Source: a virus (Duplodnaviria > Caudoviricetes). From it: 26,661 nucleotides of DNA. The notes beneath the pieces are model-generated. The model ran no database searches. It was not told the DNA's origin and was given only the letters and a program-made list of their open reading frames with translations. Positions 8,230 through 17,887 of the stretch are shown piece after piece. A program made the translations under genes and the position numbers. Within the stretch, counting starts at the first letter, position 1; each line of letters starts with the position of its first letter. Location: positions 1-26,661 of the IMG/VR virus record IMGVR_UViG_3300020045_004506. The stretch is one strand, 5' to 3'.

Positions 8230-9702
8230 ATGGACGACAATCGAGTTAAAGAAGAAGATTTAAATAAGAAGTCTCCCTTAGGGGTAACTCAGCCTGTAAG
8301 GCCTGCTGGCAATTCTGGCGGCCCGAAGGGCACTGGCTTTACTAATATTCAAAGCATAATTAAGGCTAACCAAGGAAATAGACTCGGACAGGCAGTAGCT
8401 GGTGGCGTTCAAGGCCAAGGGCAGCAAGTTAAGCAACAAGCGCAACAAGCTGGTCAAAAATTCGAACAAGGCGTTGCCGCTGGTCGTCTGGATACAGATG
8501 CTAATCGAGAAAAATCACAACAATTGCTTTCACAAGCTGGTTCATTACAAGGCGGACAAGCCTTGGGTGAAGATATGCTCGCTCAGGGTCAAACCTTCCT
8601 TCAAGGGGACTATCAGGGTCCTCGTGATGTTGAAAACTCAGCACAGCTAGCCGGTCGGGCGGCTGAAGCTGAGCAACTAGGCAAACTAGGCGGGTCCTCT
8701 GCCGGTCGCCAGGGACTCCTACAACGCTTTGTAGGTGCTCCTCAGTATTCTTTTGGTCAGCAAAAGCTAGATAACCTTCTTTTAGGTGCTAGTGGTGCAG
8801 ACCTTGCAAAAGCTAGGGCCTCAACTCGTGGACTAGCAGAACAAACTATTGGTGGCATTCAAACCGCTCGTCAACAGGCACAAGCTGTAGCTGGAGAAAA
8901 TGCCGCGTTCGGTAAGTTATTTGGCGAACAGGCTTTAGGCGCTCGCGGTGGACTTGAAAAGCAAGTTAAAGATGCGCGAGATGCTGAAACTATAGCCGAA
9001 GGTCGTCGATCTGCTGATTATGAAAGACTTAAAACTGGAATACAACAAGCATTAAACCCTCAAGACCAAGGTCCCGGCTTTAGAGCCGGAGACGCTAGCA
9101 TAGAAAATCTGATTTCTGGTTATTCAGGAATGGACGATGCTACAAAAAATAAGCTAACAAAAGTTATTTCAGATGCTCAGCGTATTGGCGCTAACCCTAC
9201 TACCGCCGTTAACCAAATTCTAAGTGGTTACGAAGCAGCTAGCGGTGATATTACATCTGACGCTCAACGTGCTCAAATTAATGCATTGTCTAGGCTTGCC
9301 GGTAAAGAACAACAAACGTTCGGCGAAGCATACAAAGCTGGCGCTGGAAACATTAATCAAGATACCCTTCTTAATAGCGGAGACGCTCTAAGTCGTCTTG
9401 AAAAGAGTAAAGCTGATATTGGTTCTTCAAATAACGTATATCAAAAGCACGCACAAACTCCCGCAGCTACGTCATCTAAAGATTTAGAGCTTTATTTAGC
9501 TGCTCCTCAGAAGCAAGAATACGAAGGTATTCGTTATAAACTCGGTAAAAACATAACGACTACTCCCGAAGAACGTGCTAAGTTTGATGCTTATAATAAA
9601 CTAATTGTTAAAACAGCAACCGCCAAGGGTAATCAAGCGCGGGCGGCTGCTACAGAGACCCATCAAGCTAGTCTTGACGCGTTTAACGCTCGGGGCTATT
9701 AA
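8230..9702 (+). CDS. Probable internal virion (ejection) protein
   Basis: 490 aa, Q/A/G-rich helical low-complexity sequence with no Cys or Trp; typical position. Confidence 0.6.
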   Translation: MDDNRVKEEDLNKKSPLGVTQPVRPAGNSGGPKGTGFTNIQSIIKANQGNRLGQAVAGGVQGQGQQVKQQAQQAGQKFEQGVAAGRLDTDANREKSQQLLSQAGSLQGGQALGEDMLAQGQTFLQGDYQGPRDVENSAQLAGRAAEAEQLGKLGGSSAGRQGLLQRFVGAPQYSFGQQKLDNLLLGASGADLAKARASTRGLAEQTIGGIQTARQQAQAVAGENAAFGKLFGEQALGARGGLEKQVKDARDAETIAEGRRSADYERLKTGIQQALNPQDQGPGFRAGDASIENLISGYSGMDDATKNKLTKVISDAQRIGANPTTAVNQILSGYEAASGDITSDAQRAQINALSRLAGKEQQTFGEAYKAGAGNINQDTLLNSGDALSRLEKSKADIGSSNNVYQKHAQTPAATSSKDLELYLAAPQKQEYEGIRYKLGKNITTTPEERAKFDAYNKLIVKTATAKGNQARAAATETHQASLDAFNARGY

Positions 9703-10079
9703 TGAACATAGTTAAGTTTACTTTCGAGCACCATGATGAAGTTTCTGGTTGGTGGAAAGAGCGCGGCTGGGCTCCTATTCCGCTTGCTACGCTTCCTACT
9801 ACTGGATTTATTGTTCCCGGGGTATGTGCTGGATTTTTGTACTTAACTGATAGTAATTTATGTTTTCTTGAGTGGGTTATTTCAAACCCTGAATCTGAAT
9901 CACAAGATCGCTCTAAAGGGCTTGATCTATTAATTGATGAACTTTTAACTGAAGCAGAAAATCTTGGTTATAAAGTTGTTTCCACAGTAACTACACATCC
10001 TAAGCTTATTCTTCGATATGAAGAGTTTGGGTTTAAAAAGGCCGACGAACAAATGACTAATCTTTTGAGGACATTCTAA
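9702..10079 (+). CDS. GNAT-fold acetyltransferase-like protein (analogous to small podoviral internal-virion-region proteins)
   Basis: RSKGLDLLIDELLTEAENLGY and C-terminal YEEFGF match GNAT motif A/B patterns; TAATG coupling to the upstream gene. Confidence 0.65.
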   Translation: MNIVKFTFEHHDEVSGWWKERGWAPIPLATLPTTGFIVPGVCAGFLYLTDSNLCFLEWVISNPESESQDRSKGLDLLIDELLTEAENLGYKVVSTVTTHPKLILRYEEFGFKKADEQMTNLLRTF

Positions 10080-10080
10080 T

Positions 10081-11133
10081 ATGGCAATAACAGCAGCAAC
10101 CGCAATAGCAGCAGCGGCTCCCGCCGTATTTGGAGCGATAGGCAATTTGCTTGGTCGCGGTTCACGTAAAAAGGGAGAAAAGCTTGCTCAAGATGCATTT
10201 GACGAAATTGACGCATTAGGATTGCCTCCTAATGAAGCAATTCCTTTAATGCTTGAGAAATTCAAGTCTGCTGGTATTTATACCCCGGAACTTGAACAAG
10301 AAATTAATCAACAAGTTTCCAAAGTCTCACAGATTACAGAAGATTCCTCTTTAAAAGACGCTCAAATGAGTGCTCTAGAGAGTCTTTCTAAGTCAGGTCG
10401 TACAGGTCTAACTGCTCAAGACCGCGCTAACTATAATAAAATGCGTCAAGATGTTCAAAGAGACGCAGAAGCTAAACGCCAACAAATTATACAAAATATG
10501 CAAGCTCGCGGCCAAGCGGGCGGCGGAGCAGAGCTAGCCGCTAGTCTTCTTTCTTCACAAGCGGCTGCCGATCAACAATCTGCTTCTGGCGATGAAATGG
10601 CCGGAGCTGCTTCAGAACGCGCTCTACAAGCAATGGCACAAGCCGGGCAACTAGGCGGATCTATTCGCGGACAAGACCTAGCGTTTAATAAAACTACAGC
10701 GGAAGCTGCTGACGAAATGGAACGCTTTAACGTACAAAATGCTATTAATAGACAGATGCGTAACGTTGGTTCTAAGAATCAAGGACAACAGTTAAATCTA
10801 GCTCAACAACAAGCTATTATGGACGCCAATACACAAATGGCTAATCGCGAAACTCAACGTCAATCCGACGCTCGTAGACAGTATTATGGCGATGTCGCTG
10901 GCCGTGCTCAGGCTCGTGCTCAGGCGCAATTAAATCAAGCTAATATTCAAACAGGTAAGGCCGCTAGTACAGCTAACATGATGTCTGGTATTGGTTCTGG
11001 CGTTGGCGCAGCCGCTGGTGCTATTGCTAATAAACAAGCTGCTCCTGCTGCAACTTCTATGACTCAACTAGCTAAACCTAAAGAAGAAACTCCCGACGAA
11101 TATTACATGCGTGAAGGATATAAGGTTAAATAA
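10081..11133 (+). CDS. Probable ejection / DNA pilot protein
   Basis: Ala/Gly hydrophobic N-terminus (AIAAAAPAVFGAIGNLLG), Q/A-rich coiled coils, Gly-rich hydrophobic C-terminal segment. Confidence 0.65.
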   Translation: MAITAATAIAAAAPAVFGAIGNLLGRGSRKKGEKLAQDAFDEIDALGLPPNEAIPLMLEKFKSAGIYTPELEQEINQQVSKVSQITEDSSLKDAQMSALESLSKSGRTGLTAQDRANYNKMRQDVQRDAEAKRQQIIQNMQARGQAGGGAELAASLLSSQAAADQQSASGDEMAGAASERALQAMAQAGQLGGSIRGQDLAFNKTTAEAADEMERFNVQNAINRQMRNVGSKNQGQQLNLAQQQAIMDANTQMANRETQRQSDARRQYYGDVAGRAQARAQAQLNQANIQTGKAASTANMMSGIGSGVGAAAGAIANKQAAPAATSMTQLAKPKEETPDEYYMREGYKVK

Positions 11134-13136
11134 TGGCTACTAATTGGGCTAAATTTCTACGAGGAATCCCCGACGCTGCAATGGAAGTCGGCGATGAGGT
11201 CATTGAAGCGGCTCCTATGCTTGCGGACGAAGCTGCTGAAATTGGCGACGATATTTTTAAAAACAGCCCGATGATGAAGAAAATGAATGATGATTTAGTG
11301 GCTGACGCTGCTAGAAAAGCTCGTCAAGCTGATTTAGATATGACCTTAGCTAATCCCGTTGAAAATCTTCCGTACAAGAATCTTGCAAATAAATCAGCAG
11401 AAGACTCTGCTAAAATTTTAAACAACCCTCAATCGTTAGTTTTAGATGAAGTTGAAGGATACGGCCAAGGATTAACCAGTAAAGAGTTAATAGATAACGC
11501 CGACCTTGCTGCCCGCAACCAAGATTTCTTGGACTACGGCGCTCCTAACTCTAGCAAAGTTCCCGCTTTACGTCCAGAAACTCCTATGGTTTCTCAAGCT
11601 ATCCCCGAAGTGCTTCCTCCTGAAGCATCAATGCTACCTGCTACAATTCCTCCTCGCGGGGCTGCTCCAGATATTATAATTCCTAAAGCTGATCGCGGCG
11701 TTTCTGCCCTTAATAAAATTCTATTAGGTGGAGCTGCGGTAGGCGGCGGGGCTCTTACTGTTAATAGCATGATGGGCGGCGGTAACGGCGGCGGACCTCA
11801 AGATCCGGCACAAGCCGCTATACAAAATGCCGTAAATAATCCCCCTCCTGTATCCCCTGTACTTCCCCCTGAAGTTATCCCCCCGCAAGCTAAAATGCCC
11901 GCAGGACAACCTCAAGCTGCTCCTGTAGCTCCTCCTGCTCCTATTGCTCAGACTCCTCTTCCTCCTGTAGAAGAACCATTAGTTCTTCCAGAAGATCAAG
12001 GCTTTACAGAAAATACTGTAGACGGTTTACAGGCTGCTCAACAACAAGCAGCCCAAGGACGCCTGGCAAACGAGCTAGGACGCGCTTCAGAGCTTATTGG
12101 CTCATCTATCGCCGGTACTAAGCCTATTGCCCAAGATATTTTTACTCAACAAGCAAAGGCTTCTGGACAGGTTGTGGAAGACTTCGAGAAGCGTGCTGAG
12201 AAAGAAAAGTCAGATCCTAAGTCTGCTATTTCTAAGCAGTTCAGAGATTTCGTAGCTAAATTTGGCGTCACTGTACCTAGCAATATGTCAGCGGAAGCTG
12301 CTGCAAAAGTTATGCCTTACGCTTACCAGAAATTTGCAGCAAAAGAAGCACAAGTTGCTCGTAAAGAAGAAAGCGCTGAAAGTCGCGAGTTTAAACAAAA
12401 AGAGATTGATTTACGTCGTGAAGAACTTAAAGCCGGTCGTTTAGTTAAAACTGAAACAAAGCTCAATGATGCGCAGAACGCTTTTGCTCAAAAAATAGCA
12501 CCAAAGATTCAAAATAAACAATTTGATAAATTCAATACGCTTAATCAAGCAAGACAGTCTATTGCTGATTCTGTAGCAAGCCCTAATCCCCAAGAAGACA
12601 GCGCTATTATTTATAATTTCATTAAAACCCTTGACCCAGAATCTGCGGTCAGGGAAGGTGAAATTACGTTCGTTGGATCTGCTCGCGGCATCCCGGCAAG
12701 AACTCAAGGATTCATTAATAAAATGTACAAGGGTGAGCTTTTAACTCCCCAAGAACGTAGTAATATTCTTGACTTTGCGACAAAAGCTGCTGCTGGTCAA
12801 AAAAAGGCCTGGGAAGTTTCAGCAGCCCCATATATTAATCAAGCTAATAAAATGGGTGTACCTGTTAGTTTCATTGTACCGGAGCTTGAAGAAATGATAC
12901 AAGTACCTTCAGAAAAAGCGCCATCGGGAAAAGCCCCTGTCATTGAAAAGGGTAAAGATTCCCGCGACATCCCAGCTAAAGACGATAATAAGGCTCCAGG
13001 TAGAATTGTTAAGGAATCTAAACGATTCGAAGAGCCCTCTAAATCTGTAGTTAAAAAAGGATACAATCCCAAAACTAACCAGACTCAGTTTATTTATTCA
13101 GACGGTACTAAAGAAATCGTCGAAGGTAAGAAATAA
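11133..13136 (+). CDS. Probable ejection / DNA transfer protein
   Basis: Central hydrophobic Gly segment plus Pro-rich linker; IIYNFIKTLDPESAVREGE resembles a motif recurrent in podoviral DNA-transfer proteins. Confidence 0.65.
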   Translation: MATNWAKFLRGIPDAAMEVGDEVIEAAPMLADEAAEIGDDIFKNSPMMKKMNDDLVADAARKARQADLDMTLANPVENLPYKNLANKSAEDSAKILNNPQSLVLDEVEGYGQGLTSKELIDNADLAARNQDFLDYGAPNSSKVPALRPETPMVSQAIPEVLPPEASMLPATIPPRGAAPDIIIPKADRGVSALNKILLGGAAVGGGALTVNSMMGGGNGGGPQDPAQAAIQNAVNNPPPVSPVLPPEVIPPQAKMPAGQPQAAPVAPPAPIAQTPLPPVEEPLVLPEDQGFTENTVDGLQAAQQQAAQGRLANELGRASELIGSSIAGTKPIAQDIFTQQAKASGQVVEDFEKRAEKEKSDPKSAISKQFRDFVAKFGVTVPSNMSAEAAAKVMPYAYQKFAAKEAQVARKEESAESREFKQKEIDLRREELKAGRLVKTETKLNDAQNAFAQKIAPKIQNKQFDKFNTLNQARQSIADSVASPNPQEDSAIIYNFIKTLDPESAVREGEITFVGSARGIPARTQGFINKMYKGELLTPQERSNILDFATKAAAGQKKAWEVSAAPYINQANKMGVPVSFIVPELEEMIQVPSEKAPSGKAPVIEKGKDSRDIPAKDDNKAPGRIVKESKRFEEPSKSVVKKGYNPKTNQTQFIYSDGTKEIVEGKK

Positions 13137-15068
13137 ATGGCCGATAATCAATTAGACGAAGGCTTCGAAGACGTTGGTCTAGACGAGGGATTTGATGAAG
13201 TTCCCGTTGAACCTAAAATGTCTTTCAAAGACGTTGGCGTTGCGGGCGATGAAAAATATCAGCATCCTGATAACCTTGAAACTCTGGCCGATTTTGGCGC
13301 AGGAGCTACACAAGGAGCTTTACTAGGCGGAGCTGACGAATTGTACGGTCTTGGGTCTGCTGGCGCACAGAAGCTTACTGGCTCTGATAAAGGGTTTTTT
13401 GATCTTTACAGAGAAGGACAAAAAGAGTCCGAAGCTGCCTTTAAAAAGCGCGAAGAACGTAGTCCTACTGCTTCTCTTGTGGGTAACATAGCAGGAGCCG
13501 TGGGCTCTGGTATTGCTACCGGCGGATTAGGCTTAGAAGCGGGCATTGCTAGAAGTCTTGGTTCTGTCGGCGTAAAAGAAGCTGCTAAGCTGGGCGGGAA
13601 AAAAGTGGCTACGGAGCTTGGTAAGCAGGCGGCGGCGGCTGGCACAGAAGCAGCTATTGCTGGTGCTATTCAAGGTGGATTATCTTCTGAGGCTACTTTG
13701 GAAGACGGCGCTGATAAAATTAAACAAGATGTTTTAAGCGGCGCTACATTAGGCGCGGTTGCCGGGGGCACATTAAAGCCTGGTATGTCCATAGTACAAG
13801 AAGGCGTTTCTACAGGACTTACAAAAGCTGCCGGTGCTCTTAAGTCTCCTTTTAAATCAAATGAAGTGCTCCGTGAAGCGTTTGAATTGGGTTCTTCTGG
13901 CGCTCCCGTTAAAGAGGCTCGCGGTACTCTAGCTGAGTCGGCAAAACTTCGTAATAAAGATGCGGCTGGTTTGTACCAGAAGTTTAAGGGTGCTGAAAAT
14001 AAATTGCGGGATGAAGTACAAAGCGCCTACGCGGCTGCGGACGCTTCCGGTAAAAAAGTTCCTATTATGGACGACTTAGAAGAAGCTGCTCAAAAGCTTC
14101 AGGTTTATGCTAAAAACCGTCCTGAGCTTGGCTACGAGAACGACCGTGAATACAAGCGTGTTCTTGATAAGCTGTTTATGCTTAAGTCTGCAAATCCTAC
14201 TGCTAGCCAGGCTGCTAATTTAGCCGATGAAGTAGGAGAACTTGCTAATAAACTTAACAATCCAGAACTTCGTAGCGTTGCGAATAGATTCGGCGCTCAA
14301 GTTAATATGGCAATGAAAGAAGTCTTTCCTGATATTGGCAAGGCTAATGATAGATTCTATAATCTTAAGAAATTTGGAACAGAAACCTTTGCACAAAAAG
14401 GCACTGTAGATTCTAATGTAATGGGTGGATTTAAGCGCGTTGAAGATCAAAAGGCGTTGTCTGGCATTAAATGGGCTCTTGAAAATATTAATAGCGGTAG
14501 CAGCAGGAGCAGCGTTGCTGATTCTCTTAGTTACGCCAAAGAAGGGCTATCTGAATTAGAAGCTCGTCATCCTGGTACAATTAAGCTTCTAGGTATAGAT
14601 AAAGTTGACGACCTTGAAAATCTTTTCTATGATGCAGCTAAGCGTACAGAAGTAATTAAAATTCTTAACGAACCGTTTAACTTCGGTACGTTGATTCCCA
14701 GCCTTTCACCAAAAGGCATTGTAGATACAGCATTTCGCGGATTAACTCCTTTGCAACAAGCTGCTAAAGTTAAGACAGCCCACGGGTTAGGAAAACTTGG
14801 CGGTAAGATAGAAAGCTTCGCTAAGAAAATCGAGCCAAAAGAAACAGCGAAAAGACTCCTTAATATGGGCGATGACGGATTAAGCAAGGCAGCAGATGCT
14901 TTTGAACAAGATCCCATTACTGCTAAAATTGGAGCAGCGTTAAGAAGCTCTATACAAAATAAAGGTACCGTTTCCAAGAACGCTGTTATTTTCCAGATTT
15001 TGAATAATAAAGTATATCGTGATAGATTTAACCGGCTCTCAGAAGGCGAAGAAGAACCACAGGAGTAA
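13137..15068 (+). CDS. Probable large ejection protein
   Basis: GATQGALLGGADEL...SPTASLVGNIAG glycine-zipper-like segments followed by a helical domain. Confidence 0.65.
   Translation: MADNQLDEGFEDVGLDEGFDEVPVEPKMSFKDVGVAGDEKYQHPDNLETLADFGAGATQGALLGGADELYGLGSAGAQKLTGSDKGFFDLYREGQKESEAAFKKREERSPTASLVGNIAGAVGSGIATGGLGLEAGIARSLGSVGVKEAAKLGGKKVATELGKQAAAAGTEAAIAGAIQGGLSSEATLEDGADKIKQDVLSGATLGAVAGGTLKPGMSIVQEGVSTGLTKAAGALKSPFKSNEVLREAFELGSSGAPVKEARGTLAESAKLRNKDAAGLYQKFKGAENKLRDEVQSAYAAADASGKKVPIMDDLEEAAQKLQVYAKNRPELGYENDREYKRVLDKLFMLKSANPTASQAANLADEVGELANKLNNPELRSVANRFGAQVNMAMKEVFPDIGKANDRFYNLKKFGTETFAQKGTVDSNVMGGFKRVEDQKALSGIKWALENINSGSSRSSVADSLSYAKEGLSELEARHPGTIKLLGIDKVDDLENLFYDAAKRTEVIKILNEPFNFGTLIPSLSPKGIVDTAFRGLTPLQQAAKVKTAHGLGKLGGKIESFAKKIEPKETAKRLLNMGDDGLSKAADAFEQDPITAKIGAALRSSIQNKGTVSKNAVIFQILNNKVYRDRFNRLSEGEEEPQE
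13152..13202 (+). repeat. Tandem coding repeat LDEGFEDV-G-LDEGFDEV
   Basis: ttagacgaaggcttcgaagacgtt / ctagacgagggatttgatgaagtt; peptide conserved with synonymous divergence. Confidence 0.75.
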
Positions 15069-15074
15069 ATAGTC

Positions 15075-15356
15075 ATGAGCGAAAAGCGATTCGATAAAAT
15101 AGATACGCAGCTTGAGAAAATTGACAGTAGGCTTGACGTATTTGAGAAGATTCTTGATAGAAATACAAGAATTGTCGATGAGCATGAGCGCCGTAGCACG
15201 GTTCTTGAAAGACAGCTCGTTAGCGAACTTAAGCCAATCAAAACACACGTTGCAATGGTCGAATACGGCTTTAGGGCTATTGTCGGTGTGGCAATAGGAA
15301 TTGCCGGTATTGCCGGATTTATTAAAATACTACACGAATTAGGTATATTTAATTAA
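15075..15356 (+). CDS. Coiled-coil membrane protein, XhlA/holin-like
   Basis: N-terminal heptads (RFDKIDTQLEKIDSRL) and one C-terminal transmembrane helix (AIVGVAIGIAGIAGFI); AGGAG SD. Confidence 0.65.
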   Translation: MSEKRFDKIDTQLEKIDSRLDVFEKILDRNTRIVDEHERRSTVLERQLVSELKPIKTHVAMVEYGFRAIVGVAIGIAGIAGFIKILHELGIFN

Positions 15357-15357
15357 T

Positions 15358-16524
15358 ATGCCCGATTACAAGAACTTTTCTAAGCTTAGAAAGAGCCTGC
15401 GTGTTCCCGCCCCGTCTTTTGCTGCTGGAGAGGGGCCTGAATTAAATAGATATGGTAATATACCAGGCGGTTTATCCCAAGAAGAACTCGTTAGAGAGCT
15501 TGTACTTAGAGACATGGCGGGTAAGTCTGCCCCGGGAACTCCTGCCGAAGAAATTGCTGAAGCGAGGAAATTCCAAGAAGGCTTAGACCCTTTGATAGAT
15601 GCCGCATCCCTTTCTTCTCCTTTGATGCTAGAAAAGGGAATTGCTGGACTAGCAAAATCATCAAAAGGATTCTCTTCTGCTATTAGAAATATGGCTAGAA
15701 AGCTATCCAAGGGCGACGCTGTGGATCAAGCTGCTTATGCAAAAGTTGATCCGGCTCGTAGTAAGCGTATTGCTGATGCTTACGAGGCAATGAAGCATGA
15801 TCCCTCTAATCCCGAAGTCAAAGAAGCTTATGAAGCTCTAGCTAAAGAAGTTCAAGAGCAGTACAAAGCTATTAAAGATATGGGAATTGTACCTGAGCCT
15901 ATTCCTAGCGGTGGGGAGAATCCTTACGCCAAAGGTGCTTCTGACATGATAGAAGACGTACAGAAGAATAAGAGAATAAAGTATTTTTCAACAGATGACG
16001 GATTCGGATCTGCACCATTAACTCCGGAACAAATAGCAGATAATCCGATGTTGGCAGAAACTGCTGAAATGGCGGGCGGAAAGCCTATGCGCGTAAACGA
16101 CCAGTTCCGCGTTGTACATGATGTATTTGGTCATGCTAAAGAAGGCCCGGGCTTTGGTCCCGTTGGCGAAGAAAACGCTTGGCAAGCTCATCGTCGAATG
16201 TTTAGTCCCAAGGCAGCGAAAGCTATGACTACAGAAACTCGCGGGCAAAACTCGTGGGTTAATTATGGTCCGTTTGGTGAAGCTAATAGAGCTAATCCAG
16301 GCAATACTAGATATGCAGATCAAAAATCTGGGCTACTACCTGATTGGGTAATGGATGAAGGTTTAGTGCCTACTAGCAGCGAATATGGTGATGTTGCAAT
16401 GGCATCCCGGGCTATGAATGCACCTAAAGCGTCTGAATCAGTTGAAGATTTGTTGCCAGACGAACAACCAATGGAATCTAATAAATTTAGAGCATTGGCG
16501 TCAATTCTAAATAAAAAACGTTAA
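15358..16524 (+). CDS. Putative zincin-like metal-binding protein of a type seen as a module in large phage virion proteins
   Basis: NDQFRVVHDVFGH...GFGPVGEENAWQAH...TTETRGQNSWVNYGP; HDxxGH plus a downstream Glu. Confidence 0.55.
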   Translation: MPDYKNFSKLRKSLRVPAPSFAAGEGPELNRYGNIPGGLSQEELVRELVLRDMAGKSAPGTPAEEIAEARKFQEGLDPLIDAASLSSPLMLEKGIAGLAKSSKGFSSAIRNMARKLSKGDAVDQAAYAKVDPARSKRIADAYEAMKHDPSNPEVKEAYEALAKEVQEQYKAIKDMGIVPEPIPSGGENPYAKGASDMIEDVQKNKRIKYFSTDDGFGSAPLTPEQIADNPMLAETAEMAGGKPMRVNDQFRVVHDVFGHAKEGPGFGPVGEENAWQAHRRMFSPKAAKAMTTETRGQNSWVNYGPFGEANRANPGNTRYADQKSGLLPDWVMDEGLVPTSSEYGDVAMASRAMNAPKASESVEDLLPDEQPMESNKFRALASILNKKR

Positions 16525-16904
16525 GGCTTCTTTTTCTTGTCGAGATTAGCAATCAGCTTGTCTTCGATTGAATAAGAATGGGTGTCTTTGAGGGTATAGT
16601 CTTCTTTATTTGCTTTCGCCCACGTTAAAACATCCCGACGTCTAGCATTATTCCGATCATCACAGTCTTTAATAAGCTTCTTTGTATTATGAAGGTTATT
16701 CTTCTTCTTTTTACGATCAAGGCTATCATTAACGTATTCTTCGTTAAATTTATTAAGCCACGCTTTTTCGTCTTCACTTAGTTTATCAGCGTAATCGCAT
16801 TCAAGCAGTTCCGCTCGATGCTTTAGATTATACCCCGGGTTCAATGTCGGGTATTTCTGAGCGCTACGTCTATTCTTTTTCTTTGCTACTACCATAATTT
16901 CCAT
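16521..16904 (-). CDS. Basic hypothetical protein (start may be ATG 16895)
   Basis: Lys/Arg-rich ORF in operon orientation; its stop overlaps the convergent stop at TTAA 16521-16524. Confidence 0.7.
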   Translation of the reverse strand: MEIMVVAKKKNRRSAQKYPTLNPGYNLKHRAELLECDYADKLSEDEKAWLNKFNEEYVNDSLDRKKKKNNLHNTKKLIKDCDDRNNARRRDVLTWAKANKEDYTLKDTHSYSIEDKLIANLDKKKKP

Positions 16905-17529
16905 TGTTAACTTTCTCTAATTGCTCTTTTGACAGATAACTTAAAATGCTTGTATCAATTCGTAGCATTAAGCCGTCTTCTGTTACTTTATTCTTAAAAT
17001 ACGTCTTACACATGTGGTCAAAACGCCAACCCTTTAATGCCGCCTTAAAATGATTCTTCTTGCACCATGTTTTGTACAAGATGGCTAATATGCTAGCGGG
17101 GAAATAAAAGTCCCCCGGGGTCACTCTATTTGCGGCAAAGAAATACTCTAGATGATTCTTGTACCTAGTGGACTTAGTGAAGTCATGTTTTACTGATTTG
17201 GCTACCTGTCTAATTTTATCAACAATATCAAAGGCTTTCTTGTCGAGAAAGTAATATGATGCGTTATGTTCAAAGAAGTCGCGGGCTCTAGCTGCAAACT
17301 TATAGGGTCCTAGAGGGTCCTTTGACCACTGTTTATAGAACTCGTACAAAAACGGCTTCTTTACTTTATGCTTACCGGGCTTAATTTTCCATACAGCAAA
17401 AAAACTAGAAACATCGTCTAGGTCAAGCAACTCCTCAGGATTCTCTTTCGTCTCTTCGACGCTCTGTAAGAGTTCCTCAAGGGATAAATCAGTTGCTTGT
17501 TTTAATTTTTCCAAGACTATATCCCGCAA
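16870..17529 (-). CDS. Probable DNA-binding protein with two repeats resembling the primase/D5 C-terminal winged helix
   Basis: SFFAVWKIKPG...LYEFYKQWSK...F and YFFAANRVTPG...LYKTWCKK...F repeats. Confidence 0.5.
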   Translation of the reverse strand: MRDIVLEKLKQATDLSLEELLQSVEETKENPEELLDLDDVSSFFAVWKIKPGKHKVKKPFLYEFYKQWSKDPLGPYKFAARARDFFEHNASYYFLDKKAFDIVDKIRQVAKSVKHDFTKSTRYKNHLEYFFAANRVTPGDFYFPASILAILYKTWCKKNHFKAALKGWRFDHMCKTYFKNKVTEDGLMLRIDTSILSYLSKEQLEKVNNGNYGSSKEKE

Positions 17530-17887
17530 ATCCTGTTGCTATAATGCCGAGTGAAAACCAACCAACCCTCTGCCAATTACTCATAGAACGTTCTTCACCT
17601 AATCTTAAAGCAAGCTTGTCATTTTGCGTTAGCAGAAGATCCACCTTCTTTTGACCTAGCTCATCAGACTTCCTATAAAGCTCAAGGCTGCGTTCGTATG
17701 AAACCTTCTCTTGGGACAAGCCGTCACGCTCTATAACAGCGCGGCGCAGCTCCTGTACGGTTTCGGGCTTGATTAGAATGCCTGTAAATGGGGCTTTCTC
17801 TTGGGCTTGTAAGAGTACAGAATCTTGAGCAAAACTAGGGCTTACGCTTAGTACCGAGAGCATCAATAAATTTGATAAGTTCGTCAT
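17489..17887 (-). CDS. Exported coiled-coil protein with C-terminal membrane anchor (spanin-like, tentative)
   Basis: Signal peptide ending in SFA|Q, coiled coil, transmembrane helix VGWFSLGIIATGFAGYSLG; overlaps the upstream gene by 53 nt; no Cys, so no lipobox. Confidence 0.55.
   Translation of the reverse strand: MTNLSNLLMLSVLSVSPSFAQDSVLLQAQEKAPFTGILIKPETVQELRRAVIERDGLSQEKVSYERSLELYRKSDELGQKKVDLLLTQNDKLALRLGEERSMSNWQRVGWFSLGIIATGFAGYSLGKIKTSN

Noticed and set aside
11770-11990. Pro/Gly-rich low-complexity stretch as a DNA repeat element
   Set aside because: Explained by a Pro-rich linker in the ejection protein.
14627-15241. Antisense and alternate-frame ORFs (e.g. 14627-15241, 252-575, 1526-1810, 7333-7734, 24567-24956)
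   Set aside because: Shadows of well-supported genes, with no motifs or ribosome-binding sites.
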